From NCBI GenBank assembly GCA_900554925.1, contig USJG01000001.1, positions 21,182 to 85,181 of the forward strand: a stretch of 64,000 nt of DNA. The letters are read 5' to 3'. This DNA comes from an uncultured Lachnospiraceae bacterium (GTDB lineage: Bacteria; Bacillota; Clostridia; Lachnospirales; Lachnospiraceae). Under the pieces are notes generated by a model. It made no database searches. It saw only the letters and a program-made list of their open reading frames with translations, and was not told where the DNA came from. The position numbers and the translations under genes were made by a program. Below, one piece after another: positions 40,149-50,409 of the stretch; within the stretch, counting starts at the first letter, position 1, and each line of letters begins with the position of its first letter.

Positions 40149-42050
40149 ATGTTTAATATAATCAGAAAATTTCGAACAAGCTGTATATTCAAATATGTTG
40201 TAACTATAACCGCCATGCTGCTTATTATGTTTTTATGGTGGCAGGTCCGATTGCAGTATAGCTGTGCCAGGGAAGAGATTATTGTTGAAAGTGGAACTGA
40301 TATGACATTTACAGCAAAGTTTGACCAGATTCACTCACTGGCATTTTGTAACGACAATGTGGAAATGGAAGTATTTCTGGATGAAACCCCAATTAAACTG
40401 CATGTTGGAATTGCCGATGCACAGGGAAATGTGTTGTGGGAGCAGGAAATAAATGAAATTAATATTACCTCGTTTGCCATTACGGAACACAGAGAATGGA
40501 ATAACTTCCCCTTAATGCTTGAGACTGGAAAAGAATATCGCATTTTTTATTCCAGTGCCGACCTGCCGGAGGATTCCCTGACAATTGCAGTATATGGGCT
40601 TGAAAAGAGCTTTTTTGTGCAATATGTGATAATCTGTGCTTTGATAATTATTGTTTTTTCTTTGGCGATATTTTTTGCTTTTGATTATCGTAAAGAGAAG
40701 GGGAGCAAATCGTTTTTTATTATTTATATGATACTTGGAATTCTTTACAGTATCGTTTTACCACCGTTTTCAGTTCAGGATGAATGGACACATTTTGGAC
40801 AGGCATATGCGATTTCAAGTAACTGGATGAAAAAAGAAGCGGTCAGTGAGGATGGCCATATTTATGTTTATGAAAGCGGACTTATCCGAATGAACCGATG
40901 TGATGACAGACAGACAGGATATCGTTTCTGGCAGGACTGGGACTATGGAAACAGGAGCGGACAATATATTAGTGGTTCATATATTGATGCGCCAAATTTA
41001 TACAAATATATTTATTATGCATCAGCACTGGGCATTACGATAGCCAGGTTGCTTCATGCGCCTTATCAGATTATTTTGCTGGCAGGGAGATTTACAAATT
41101 TATTGTTGTTTATACTTCTTTCGATGCTGGGTTTGAAAATCAGCAGAGAATTCAGGCAAAGTATGCTGGCAGTTCTTTTCCTGCCGTCTGTTGTATGGAT
41201 TGCCTCCTCTTATTCTTATGACTCGTGGAATATGGCGCTTTCCATGTTGATTTTTGCGTATTGTATGTACTGTCGTGAACGTGAAAAAAGTTTTGCTCTT
41301 ATTGATGCCATTATTATTGTTGGATTGGGGGCTTTATTGGTTCCTGCCAAGTTTATCTATTTTATTATGGCATTTTCTGTCCTTTTGATTCCTATGGAGA
41401 AATTTAAGAATAGGATATGGCAGTTTGCTTCTTATATTGGAGTGACAGGTATGGTAATTTTGGCGGCTTTTGCGGCCAGAGGATCAACTGCGGTTGGATA
41501 TGTTACAACGCAGACTGTAGATACCAGAAGTGTGTCAGTAGATAATATCGACAGGGAAAGGTATTCATTGTCAACGATACTGGAAAATCCGGTTTATACA
41601 ATTAAAGTATATATTAATACATTGTTTGAACAGGGAGAAAACTACATATACAAATGTATAAACGGTTCGTTTCTGGCAGTAGAGGTTCCGAAAATAATCA
41701 TTTATACAATCTTTCTGCTGATGCTGCTTTTGATGATGAATAATATTCGTAAGGTATATTGGAGAAAACAGGACAGGTATATTGCTTTGGGAATATTTGG
41801 GGCAGGATGTGGGCTGGTATTGACTACTTTTCTTTTTGTATATTCCTATATTCATATATATAGCATAGGAACGATTTTTGGTGTACAGGGAAGGTACTTT
41901 TTACCTTTTCTGGTGTTTTTGCCATTTATTATTAAAAATGACTGCCTTAAAATCAGCGAAGGGAAAGAAAAGCATATATTGCTGATTTTTTTCCTGCTTA
42001 ATTTGCTTGCATTAATGTGTAATTTCAGTGCAATTGTCAGGGGAATGTGA
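40149..42050 (+). CDS. DUF2142-family membrane protein (GT-C-like) with N-terminal extracellular domain
   Basis: PPFSVQDEWTHFGQAY, GRFTNLL, SYSYDS, PAKFIY, GVQGRYFLP. Confidence 0.75.
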   Translation: MFNIIRKFRTSCIFKYVVTITAMLLIMFLWWQVRLQYSCAREEIIVESGTDMTFTAKFDQIHSLAFCNDNVEMEVFLDETPIKLHVGIADAQGNVLWEQEINEINITSFAITEHREWNNFPLMLETGKEYRIFYSSADLPEDSLTIAVYGLEKSFFVQYVIICALIIIVFSLAIFFAFDYRKEKGSKSFFIIYMILGILYSIVLPPFSVQDEWTHFGQAYAISSNWMKKEAVSEDGHIYVYESGLIRMNRCDDRQTGYRFWQDWDYGNRSGQYISGSYIDAPNLYKYIYYASALGITIARLLHAPYQIILLAGRFTNLLLFILLSMLGLKISREFRQSMLAVLFLPSVVWIASSYSYDSWNMALSMLIFAYCMYCREREKSFALIDAIIIVGLGALLVPAKFIYFIMAFSVLLIPMEKFKNRIWQFASYIGVTGMVILAAFAARGSTAVGYVTTQTVDTRSVSVDNIDRERYSLSTILENPVYTIKVYINTLFEQGENYIYKCINGSFLAVEVPKIIIYTIFLLMLLLMMNNIRKVYWRKQDRYIALGIFGAGCGLVLTTFLFVYSYIHIYSIGTIFGVQGRYFLPFLVFLPFIIKNDCLKISEGKEKHILLIFFLLNLLALMCNFSAIVRGM

Positions 42051-42054
42051 TTAC

Positions 42055-43050
42055 ATGAAAGAAGATAGCATACTGGTTTCTGTTATTATGCCTGTGTTTA
42101 ATGGCGCAGAGTATCTGGAAAAAAGTATAGGATCAGTTGTAGAGCAGACCTATAAGGATTTGGAACTGCTTCTTGTTAATGATGGTTCTGCCGATGATTC
42201 AGAAAAAGTAATTCTTGGGATTATGTCGAAAAATGAAGATTCGAGGATCAGATATATAAAACAGGATAATGCAGGAATTGCTAAAGCAAGAAACACGGGA
42301 TTAAAAAATGCCATAGGAGATTTTATTTTTTTCATTGATCAGGACGACTGGCTTGACAGCACATGCATTGAAAATTTAGTAAAGGAAGCACAACGAACCG
42401 GAGCAGACGAAGTCATTGGTGGATTTAAGCTGGTAAGCCCGGAAGGAAAATGGGAGGAAGTTTGGGAACTTGATCCTAACTGCGAGTGGAGTAAATTTCG
42501 TATAGTGGCGCCGTGGGGAAAATTGTACCGGAAAGCGTTGTTGGATCAATATCATATCTGCTTTTTTCACACAAAAATCAGTGAGGATCTGTATTTTAAT
42601 ATCCTGTTTGCCGGACATACGGACAAGATAGTGGTAATTCCGAAAGCAGAATATAATTGGCTTCATAATAACAAATCAGAGTCAAGAATGAAATGGAATA
42701 AAATGACAGAAGACAGGAACCCAATTGTAATGCTGGATGAGCTGCAAAACAGAATTGCAGATTCCCCCTATTTGAAAAAAGATATTATGACATATTATTT
42801 TACAAAGTATCTGATCTGGTATTTGCTCTACAGTGCCAGAGGAAGTGATGATGATTTGCGAAGACAGACCTATGGGGAATGCTTTGGCTGGCTCAGAAGG
42901 CATTATCCGGATTTTATGAAGTGGAAAGTGACAGGTATTCATAAACCCAAAGGTGAGCAATTAAAAAATCGCATATTTGTAACAGGATGCGTACTTCTTT
43001 ATCGGATAAAATTATTGCCGGTGGTACTTGGTTTATATAGTAGATGTTAA
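42055..43050 (+). CDS. GT2 glycosyltransferase
   Basis: VSVIMPVFN, VNDGSAD, FIDQDD, APWGKLY, SEDLYFN. Confidence 0.9.
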   Translation: MKEDSILVSVIMPVFNGAEYLEKSIGSVVEQTYKDLELLLVNDGSADDSEKVILGIMSKNEDSRIRYIKQDNAGIAKARNTGLKNAIGDFIFFIDQDDWLDSTCIENLVKEAQRTGADEVIGGFKLVSPEGKWEEVWELDPNCEWSKFRIVAPWGKLYRKALLDQYHICFFHTKISEDLYFNILFAGHTDKIVVIPKAEYNWLHNNKSESRMKWNKMTEDRNPIVMLDELQNRIADSPYLKKDIMTYYFTKYLIWYLLYSARGSDDDLRRQTYGECFGWLRRHYPDFMKWKVTGIHKPKGEQLKNRIFVTGCVLLYRIKLLPVVLGLYSRC

Positions 43051-43059
43051 GGATGATAT

Positions 43060-44178
43060 ATGAAAAAATTATTATATTTAACAACATGGGATTTTAGTGA
43101 CGGACCTTCATCGGGAATTACACAAAAAATAAAAGGGCAGATGAAAGCCTTTGAAGAGCATGGTTTTGTTGTGGATTATACCTGTATTTCGGAAAATATG
43201 ACATACTATTTTAAAGATGGTGTCAAGTATTCGCTTGGAAAGGTGGGAAAATTCCGCAAATTAGCTGCAAACTATTATTTGTATCAAAGACTAAAAAATG
43301 AATCTTATGAATATGTCTATAATCGTTATGGCTTGATGGATACTTTTTACTTTAAAATAATCAGACGATTATTCAAACAGGGAGCCAAAATTATTGTTGA
43401 GATTCCTACCTATCCCTATGATAAAGAGCGGCTGCCGGGGATGGTATGGTGGATGCTTTATTCGCTGGATAAATTGTATCGTAATCGTATTTGGCCATAT
43501 GTTTACCGAATTGCAACTTATTCATTGGATAAGAAAATTTTCCAGATACCCACAGTTCAGATTAAAAATGGAATTGATTTTCAGATGATCGAAAGAAGAA
43601 AACCAGAAGGCCGGGAAGATGAGATAAATCTGCTGGCTGTGGCAGGATTTACCAAAGCGCATGGTTATGACCGGATGCTGAAGGGTTTGGGAGAGTATTA
43701 CCGGATGGGAGGAACAAGAAATATAATTTTCCATATGGTCGGCTCAGGAGAACCAGTAGCAGAATATCATCATATTGTGGATGAATATAATCTTTCCGAT
43801 CGTTGTATTTTTCACGGGGTACAAAGAGGAGAGACGCTTAATGCAATTTATAACTATTGTGATATGGGAGTGGAAAGTCTTGGTGATTTTCGAAATGGCG
43901 TTTCTGTTTCCAGTTCTTTAAAATCAAGGGAGTATACGGCGAAGGGCATTCCATTTATTACGGCATGCGAATCGGATGTGTTTGAAGGAAAAGAATATGT
44001 TTTAAAGATTCCGGCAGACGAAACCCCTGTAAATATAAACGATGTTGTAAAATTTTATGATAAGTTGTACAATGGAAAAAATAAGGAAGAGGTTGCGACG
44101 ATGATTAGAAATAGCGCTGAAAAGTGCTGTGATATTGTTAAAACTATCGAACCTGTAGTAAGCTGTTTTTTAGACTGA
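43060..44178 (+). CDS. GT4-like glycosyltransferase
   Basis: SGITQKI, EIPTYPY, HGYDR, SSLKSREY. Confidence 0.8.
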   Translation: MKKLLYLTTWDFSDGPSSGITQKIKGQMKAFEEHGFVVDYTCISENMTYYFKDGVKYSLGKVGKFRKLAANYYLYQRLKNESYEYVYNRYGLMDTFYFKIIRRLFKQGAKIIVEIPTYPYDKERLPGMVWWMLYSLDKLYRNRIWPYVYRIATYSLDKKIFQIPTVQIKNGIDFQMIERRKPEGREDEINLLAVAGFTKAHGYDRMLKGLGEYYRMGGTRNIIFHMVGSGEPVAEYHHIVDEYNLSDRCIFHGVQRGETLNAIYNYCDMGVESLGDFRNGVSVSSSLKSREYTAKGIPFITACESDVFEGKEYVLKIPADETPVNINDVVKFYDKLYNGKNKEEVATMIRNSAEKCCDIVKTIEPVVSCFLD

Positions 44179-44195
44179 TAGAATGGAGTATAATT

Positions 44196-45266
44196 ATGAA
44201 ATATGCTTTAATAGGATGCGGCAGAATATCGCCTAATCATATTGCAGCAGCCATGAAAAACCATTTGGAATTTGTTGCACTATGTGATATTGTTCCTGAA
44301 AATATAGAAGATAAGGTTTTGAAATTTGAACTGAAAAATGTGCACCAATATACAGATTATAAAGAAATGCTGGAAATAGAGAAGCCGGAATTGGTAGCAA
44401 TTGCAACTGAGAGTGGAAAGCATGCGCAGATAGCATTAGACTGTATTGAACATCACTGTAACCTTATTATTGAAAAGCCCATTGCTTTATCCCTTAAGGA
44501 TGCGGATGCCATTATAGAAAAGGCAGAAAAATATGGAGTAAAAGTGTGTGCCTGCCATCAGAATCGTTTTAATAAATCCGTTGGAAAAATCAGGGAAGCG
44601 GTAGAAAAAAAACGCTTTGGAAGGCTGTTTTATGGAACTGCCCATATTCGTTGGTGCAGAGATTACGAATATTATTCCAGGGCAAAATGGAGAGGTACAT
44701 GGGAGCAGGACGGCGGCGCACTGATGAATCAATGTATTCACAATATAGATTTGCTTCGCTGGATGATGGGAGATGAGGTATCAGAAGTAGTTGCAATGAC
44801 GGACCGGCTAAATCACCCCTATATTCAGGCAGAAGATCTGGGAATTGCTTTGGTTAAATTTAAAAATGGAGCTTATGGAATTATTGAAGGAACCACAGAT
44901 ATTTATCCTAAAAATCTGGAAGAAACCCTTTATATTTTTGGCGAAAAAGGAACAGTAAAGGCTGGCGGTCAATCCGTAAATATTATAGAAGAATGGAATT
45001 TTTCTGATCAGCTTGACAGTCCTGAGGAGATAAAAGCAAGATTTCATGAGAATCCTCCCAATGTATATGGTTATGGACATACTCCGCTTTATGCAGATGT
45101 GATAGATGCCGTTCAGAATAACCGGGCTCCCTATGTGGATGCATATGCAGGAAAAAGAGCCCTGGAGCTGGTGCTTGCAATTTATAAATCGGCTGCTACA
45201 GGCAGTATTGTTAAACTGCCGCTGGATGATGTGAAAACGACAGATTTTAAAGGGAGATTTAAATGA
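44196..45266 (+). CDS. wbpB: Gfo/Idh/MocA oxidoreductase; UDP-GlcNAcA 3-dehydrogenase (WbpB/WlbA-like)
   Basis: ALIGCGRIS, IEKPIAL, QNRFN, WRGTWEQDGGALMNQCIHNID; lies next to acetyltransferase and aminotransferase genes. Confidence 0.75.
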   Translation: MKYALIGCGRISPNHIAAAMKNHLEFVALCDIVPENIEDKVLKFELKNVHQYTDYKEMLEIEKPELVAIATESGKHAQIALDCIEHHCNLIIEKPIALSLKDADAIIEKAEKYGVKVCACHQNRFNKSVGKIREAVEKKRFGRLFYGTAHIRWCRDYEYYSRAKWRGTWEQDGGALMNQCIHNIDLLRWMMGDEVSEVVAMTDRLNHPYIQAEDLGIALVKFKNGAYGIIEGTTDIYPKNLEETLYIFGEKGTVKAGGQSVNIIEEWNFSDQLDSPEEIKARFHENPPNVYGYGHTPLYADVIDAVQNNRAPYVDAYAGKRALELVLAIYKSAATGSIVKLPLDDVKTTDFKGRFK

Positions 45267-45835
45267 GTTATTTTGTGCATGAGAGCAGTTATATAGATGA
45301 AAACGTGGAGATAGGGGACGGGACGAAAATATGGTATTTTTGTCATATCCAAAAAGGTGCCAGAATAGGAAGAGACTGTTCGTTGGGTCAGAACGTGAAT
45401 ATTTCCAATAATGTAAAAATAGGAAATAACGTTAAAATACAAAATAATGTTTCTGTATATGAAGGAACTGAAATTGAGGATGGCGTGTTTTTAGGCCCTT
45501 CCTGCGTTTTTACAAATGATCTGACCCCGAGAGCCAGATATCCTAAAGGGGCTGGAAATTACATTCCAACGATTATACGGGAAGGAGCCAGTATTGGAGC
45601 AAATGCCACGATTGTCTGTGGGCATGAAATTGGAAAGAATGCTTTGGTTGCAGCAGGTGCTGTAGTAACTCAAAATGTATTGGCCCATGCACTGATGGCA
45701 GGAGTCCCTGCTGTTCGAAAAGGATGGGTATGTGAATGCGGAGAGATCCTTAGAGGCGAATTAGCCTGCAAAAAGTGTCATAAAAAGTACCGAATAGTTC
45801 AAGAAGGATTAGTAGAATGGAATTCAGAGACTTAA
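45263..45835 (+). CDS. wbpD: Hexapeptide-repeat N-acetyltransferase (WbpD/WlbB-like)
   Basis: FVHESSYID, CSLGQNV, KIQNNVSVYEG, GPSCVFTND, GWVCECG. Confidence 0.82.
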   Translation: MSYFVHESSYIDENVEIGDGTKIWYFCHIQKGARIGRDCSLGQNVNISNNVKIGNNVKIQNNVSVYEGTEIEDGVFLGPSCVFTNDLTPRARYPKGAGNYIPTIIREGASIGANATIVCGHEIGKNALVAAGAVVTQNVLAHALMAGVPAVRKGWVCECGEILRGELACKKCHKKYRIVQEGLVEWNSET

Positions 45836-46941
45836 AGAAACAATACCAACTATACAAAGAAGAATTTGATGCAGAAATTTTAGGAATTATTTCAAAGGGA
45901 TCCTTTATTGGGGGAAGCGTAGTTAAAGAATTAGAGGAGCAATTGGCAGAATATGTAGGAGTGGAATATTGCATATCCTGCGCAAATGGAACAGATGCGT
46001 TGCAACTGGCTTTAATGTGCTTGGAAATAGGTCCGGGAGATGCTGTTTTTGTCCCGGATTTTACTTTTTTTTCTACAGCAGAAACCGTGGCGTTAGCAGG
46101 AGCAGTGCCGATTTTAGTTGATATAGAGGAAGACACTTTTAATATTTCCCCAATTTCTTTAGAAAAGGCAATTGCGAATACATTGAATGAGGGAAAATAC
46201 AAGCCGAAGGCAATAATACCGGTAGATTTATTTGGACAGCCGGCAGATTTTGGCGCTATTCGGAAGATAGCTGACAAATATAGTCTGCAAATAATAGAAG
46301 ATGGAGCGCAGGGGTTTGGAGGCAGCATAGGAAAACGCAAGGCATGTGGCTTTGGAGATATTTCTACTACATCCTTTTTCCCGGCAAAGCCACTGGGGTG
46401 TTATGGCGATGGAGGAGCTATCTTCACTGATAATTGCCAATGGAAAGAGAAGTTAAATTCTCTTAAAGTTCATGGTAAAGGTGATAATAAGTATGATAAT
46501 GTCCGTGTGGGACTTAACTCAAGATTAGATGCAATACAGGCCGCTGTTTTAAAAGTCAAATTAAGTAAATTTGACGAGGAGCTTGCATTAGTTAATCATT
46601 GGGCTGACAGGTATACGGAATTGTTAAAAAGTTATGTGAAGTGCCCGGAAATTAAACCGGGATTTCGTTCAAGCTGGGCACAATATACTATTTTGCTTAA
46701 AAACCGTGAAATGAGAGATTATATCCAAAAAGAATTAGAAAAATTCAACGTTCCAACAATGATTTATTATGCAAAAGGTATGCATGAGCAGAAAGCGTTA
46801 TCGTCCTATTTGAAAAAAGATGATGTTTATCCGGTTACAGAAGCTGTATGCGGCAGATGCCTGTCTTTGCCCATGCATCCATATTTAACAGAGCAGGATA
46901 TTTCTTTTGTGGCAGATAAATTATATGCCTTATTGAAGTAA
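45817..46941 (+). CDS. wbpE: DegT family aminotransferase (WbpE/WlbC-like)
   Basis: MEFRDLKKQY, CANGTDAL, EDGAQGFG, TSFFPAKPLGCYGDGG, NSRLDAIQAA. Confidence 0.8.
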   Translation: MEFRDLKKQYQLYKEEFDAEILGIISKGSFIGGSVVKELEEQLAEYVGVEYCISCANGTDALQLALMCLEIGPGDAVFVPDFTFFSTAETVALAGAVPILVDIEEDTFNISPISLEKAIANTLNEGKYKPKAIIPVDLFGQPADFGAIRKIADKYSLQIIEDGAQGFGGSIGKRKACGFGDISTTSFFPAKPLGCYGDGGAIFTDNCQWKEKLNSLKVHGKGDNKYDNVRVGLNSRLDAIQAAVLKVKLSKFDEELALVNHWADRYTELLKSYVKCPEIKPGFRSSWAQYTILLKNREMRDYIQKELEKFNVPTMIYYAKGMHEQKALSSYLKKDDVYPVTEAVCGRCLSLPMHPYLTEQDISFVADKLYALLK

Positions 46942-46959
46942 AAGCGGCGGAAATACCAT

Positions 46960-48222
46960 ATGAGACATAAAATGATTTTTTTGAGCAGCACTTTCCCTTA
47001 TGGAAAAGGCGAAAAAACTTTTATAGAACCAGAGCTGAAGGCGTTGATGCATGAATATGATATTACCCTGATTTCGCATGCCGGTGCAGGTGATGTGGCA
47101 GACACAGAAAATGAGAGCGTAGTAGATACAGGGATAACTGTGCTGCACTTTGAAAGTCATATTACCTTCCTGCAAAAGATTTGCTGGGGCCTGCATTTCT
47201 TTTTGGACAGAGAAGGGCGTCAGGAACTTGCCTGTATCTGTAGAAGCGGAGGTTCTGTTTTAAAAAAATTATATCAGTCTGTTGGTTTTTATATTCTGAT
47301 GATGGAAGAATTAAAATATATTCAGAAAGAGAAACTCTTTCAGGCCGATGAAAATGTGATTTGTTACTCTTACTGGTATACTTATTATTGTTATGCATTT
47401 CTGAAACTCAAAAAACAATTTCCTGATTTGAAAGTAATAACCAGAACTCATGGAGTTGATTTATATCATGAAAGAATAAGTGGGGGAAGGCAGCCCTTTA
47501 AACAGATCATGGACAAGGAACTGGACGGAGTGATTTTTGCGGCAAATTATGCAAAAGAATACTATAGAAAACAATTTGCACACGATAAAACGGATGAGAA
47601 ATATATTGTATGTAAATTAGGAGTACCGAAGCCGGATAGAAAAGCTCATGCACAGGGAAAGTTCGGTCTGCTTAGCTGTTCTTATACCATTCCGCTTAAA
47701 AGGATAGAATTGATCATTGAAGCATTATCCGTGTTAAATGAGGAAGACATTCATTGGATCCACATTGGAGATGGGGAGGAACTTGAATGGCTTAAAGCTT
47801 ATGCAAAAGAAAAGCTTACCAGTAAAAATAATATTACCTATGAATTTACAGGATATCTTAATGGCAGTCAGATTCAAAAAATTTATCAGGAAAAGAAAAT
47901 AGATGCTTTTATCACAACCTCATCCACTGAAGGAGGATGCCCTGTGTCCATTCAGGAGGCAATGTCATATGGGATCCCAATTATTGGTACTGATGTGGGC
48001 GGCATCACTGAGATGATTTGCGGTAATGGCTATCTGCTGCCTGCCAATCCTGAGAAGAAAATTATAGCGAAAGCCATAAGGGAGATTTATAATTTGGAAG
48101 AAAGTGAAGTTGAGCGTTTAAGGCAGAACTCATATGATATATGGCATAAAGATTATAATATTGCCAATAATCTGAAAAAATTAGTTGCGGCCATTCATTA
48201 TCTGGAAGGAAATAAGATATGA
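46960..48222 (+). CDS. GT4 glycosyltransferase
   Basis: FPYGKGE, RTHGVDLY, LKRIELII, EGGCPVSIQEAMSYG. Confidence 0.87.
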   Translation: MRHKMIFLSSTFPYGKGEKTFIEPELKALMHEYDITLISHAGAGDVADTENESVVDTGITVLHFESHITFLQKICWGLHFFLDREGRQELACICRSGGSVLKKLYQSVGFYILMMEELKYIQKEKLFQADENVICYSYWYTYYCYAFLKLKKQFPDLKVITRTHGVDLYHERISGGRQPFKQIMDKELDGVIFAANYAKEYYRKQFAHDKTDEKYIVCKLGVPKPDRKAHAQGKFGLLSCSYTIPLKRIELIIEALSVLNEEDIHWIHIGDGEELEWLKAYAKEKLTSKNNITYEFTGYLNGSQIQKIYQEKKIDAFITTSSTEGGCPVSIQEAMSYGIPIIGTDVGGITEMICGNGYLLPANPEKKIIAKAIREIYNLEESEVERLRQNSYDIWHKDYNIANNLKKLVAAIHYLEGNKI

Positions 48223-48971
48223 AGCATGATGGAAATATGCTGGTATCAGTGATTACCGTTTGTTATAATAGCAGTAGCACTATTGCAAGAACCATAAAGA
48301 GTATTTTAAATCAATCATATGATAATATTGAATATATTATTGTAGATGGAAAGTCAAATGACAATACAGTTGAGATTGTAAATGGGTTTCAGGATGCATT
48401 TTATCAAAAGTTCCACAGAACGATTTGCGTTGTGTCAGAGCCGGATCAGGGAATTTATGATGCAATGAATAAAGGAATCGCACTTGCAAAAGGGACTTTT
48501 ATTGGTATCTTAAATAGTGATGACACTTATGAGCCAGATGCAGTCAGTACAGTGGTTCAAAAAGTATCGGACAAGCCCTTGCAGATTTGTTATGGAGGCA
48601 TCAAGATATACGAAGGGGATAAACTTGAGAGTATTGTGTTTCTTTCTCATGAATTTATGGAAGAGAGAATGATCGCACATCCATCCTGCTTTGTCTCCAG
48701 GGATGTTTATGATAAATATGGCACTTTTAATATAAGGTATGAGAGTGCGGCAGATTATGAATTTATGCTTCGGGTATATGATAAAAAAGAAATTACGTTT
48801 ACTCCGATTTATGCTCCGTTGGCAAACTTCTATCTGGGAGGTAAGTCAACTACTTGCGCAGGTTATAGAGATAAACTGAGAATGCTGTATGAGACAGGAA
48901 GGATGAAGCGTTTGACTTATCTGGCAAGGACGTTAGTGCTATGGATGAAATCAATTTTTGGAGGAAAATAA
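48219..48971 (+). CDS. GT2 glycosyltransferase (WcaE/WfgS-like)
   Basis: SVITVCYN, DGKSND, SEPDQGIYDAMNKG, LNSDD, HPSCF, ADYE. Confidence 0.88.
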   Translation: MKHDGNMLVSVITVCYNSSSTIARTIKSILNQSYDNIEYIIVDGKSNDNTVEIVNGFQDAFYQKFHRTICVVSEPDQGIYDAMNKGIALAKGTFIGILNSDDTYEPDAVSTVVQKVSDKPLQICYGGIKIYEGDKLESIVFLSHEFMEERMIAHPSCFVSRDVYDKYGTFNIRYESAADYEFMLRVYDKKEITFTPIYAPLANFYLGGKSTTCAGYRDKLRMLYETGRMKRLTYLARTLVLWMKSIFGGK

Positions 48972-48974
48972 AGC

Positions 48975-49721
48975 ATGGACTTTACGTATAGCGGATATGT
49001 TGCGATGCTGAATGGATTGAAGCAGCAGGGGTATGTTTTTACAGATTATGAGAATTATTTACAGCATACAAGGTGTGTGATTTTAAGGCATGATGTGGAT
49101 TATAGCTTAGAAAAGGCATTGACACTTGCTGAACTGGAGAAAAGGGAAGGCGTAACATCTACATACATGATTCTGGTATCTTCCGGCTTCTACAATTTGA
49201 TGGATTGTGAAACACAGAATATTCTCTGTCAAATTTTAAATATGGGTCATCATTTGGGCCTGCATTTTGATGAGGCTAATTATGAAGTAACAGATATAAA
49301 ACTTCTTAAGAACTATGTAAAAGAAGAAATGAAACTGTTAAGAAAATGTACAGGGCATGAGGAAATATCCGTTGTATCTATGCACAGGCCTTCCAAAGAA
49401 TGTCTGGAAGCGGATCTTGATTTCACAGAAGAAGGTATGATTAACAGCTACGGAAAAACTTTTTTCCAGGATTTTAAATATGTATCCGATTCCAGAATGT
49501 CATGGAGAGAGCCTGTCATGGATTATATTCATAAGGCAGTGTATGAGCGAATGCACATATTGACACATGCCTTTTGGTATGATACGACGCAGGAAGATAT
49601 AAAAGTTAAGCTGGAGAGATTTTTAAAACAGGCATGGGAAGACAGATACCGGCTGCTTAATCAAAATTTTAGAGATTTACAGGAGTATATTTCGTATGAT
49701 AGCAGGAATACATCAACCTAA
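48975..49721 (+). CDS. Polysaccharide deacetylase-fold protein (WbmS-like)
   Basis: LRHDVD, HLGLHFD, SMHRP, YVSDSR, HILTH. Confidence 0.65.
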   Translation: MDFTYSGYVAMLNGLKQQGYVFTDYENYLQHTRCVILRHDVDYSLEKALTLAELEKREGVTSTYMILVSSGFYNLMDCETQNILCQILNMGHHLGLHFDEANYEVTDIKLLKNYVKEEMKLLRKCTGHEEISVVSMHRPSKECLEADLDFTEEGMINSYGKTFFQDFKYVSDSRMSWREPVMDYIHKAVYERMHILTHAFWYDTTQEDIKVKLERFLKQAWEDRYRLLNQNFRDLQEYISYDSRNTST

Positions 49722-50400
49722 TTATTTCCCTTGGATGGGCTATTTTGATAAAATGGATAAAAGTGATATTTTCATTTTATTGGATGAAGTACAACTGACG
49801 GACTCTTCCATGACGCAGAGAAATCGTGTGCTTAACTGCAATGGGGTACCGTCATATCTTACGGTTGCTTTCCAAAAAGCGGGATATATGCAAAAACAGT
49901 TAAGAGAGATTAAATTGAATCAGGAGATTGACTGGCAGAAAAGGCAAGTTGATTTTCTAAAGGGAACCTATGGAAAAATGCCATATTTTAACGAAGTCTG
50001 GGATTTAATTGAACCGGTTTTTACAAAGAGATATGATAAACTTATTGACGTCAACTATGATGCAATCTGTCTGGTGAAGGATATGCTGGGAATTACTACC
50101 AGGATTGTGTGGCAGAGTGATCTGGATTATCCGAGGGATGCACACAAGAATGATTTAATATTAAACCTGTGTAAAAGCGTTTCGGCAGATTGCTATTTAT
50201 CGGGTACCGGTGCCCGGAAATATATGGATATGGATAGTTTTTCAAGGGATGGAATAGAGGTAATATTCCAAAAGTTTGAGGCACCTGCCTATGACCAGAA
50301 ATATGCAGAAGAGTTTTGTACAGGATTGAGCATACTGGATGTTTTACTTAACTGTGGTATTGACCGGACAAAGGAACTTTTTGACAGGCGGAATCAATAG
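49696..50400 (+). CDS. wbqC: Second WbqC-like protein
   Basis: IHQPNYFPWMGYFDK, QRNRV, YLSGTGARKY, GLSILDVLLNCG. Confidence 0.85.
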   Translation: MIAGIHQPNYFPWMGYFDKMDKSDIFILLDEVQLTDSSMTQRNRVLNCNGVPSYLTVAFQKAGYMQKQLREIKLNQEIDWQKRQVDFLKGTYGKMPYFNEVWDLIEPVFTKRYDKLIDVNYDAICLVKDMLGITTRIVWQSDLDYPRDAHKNDLILNLCKSVSADCYLSGTGARKYMDMDSFSRDGIEVIFQKFEAPAYDQKYAEEFCTGLSILDVLLNCGIDRTKELFDRRNQ

Positions 50401-50409
50401 GTAAAAATT

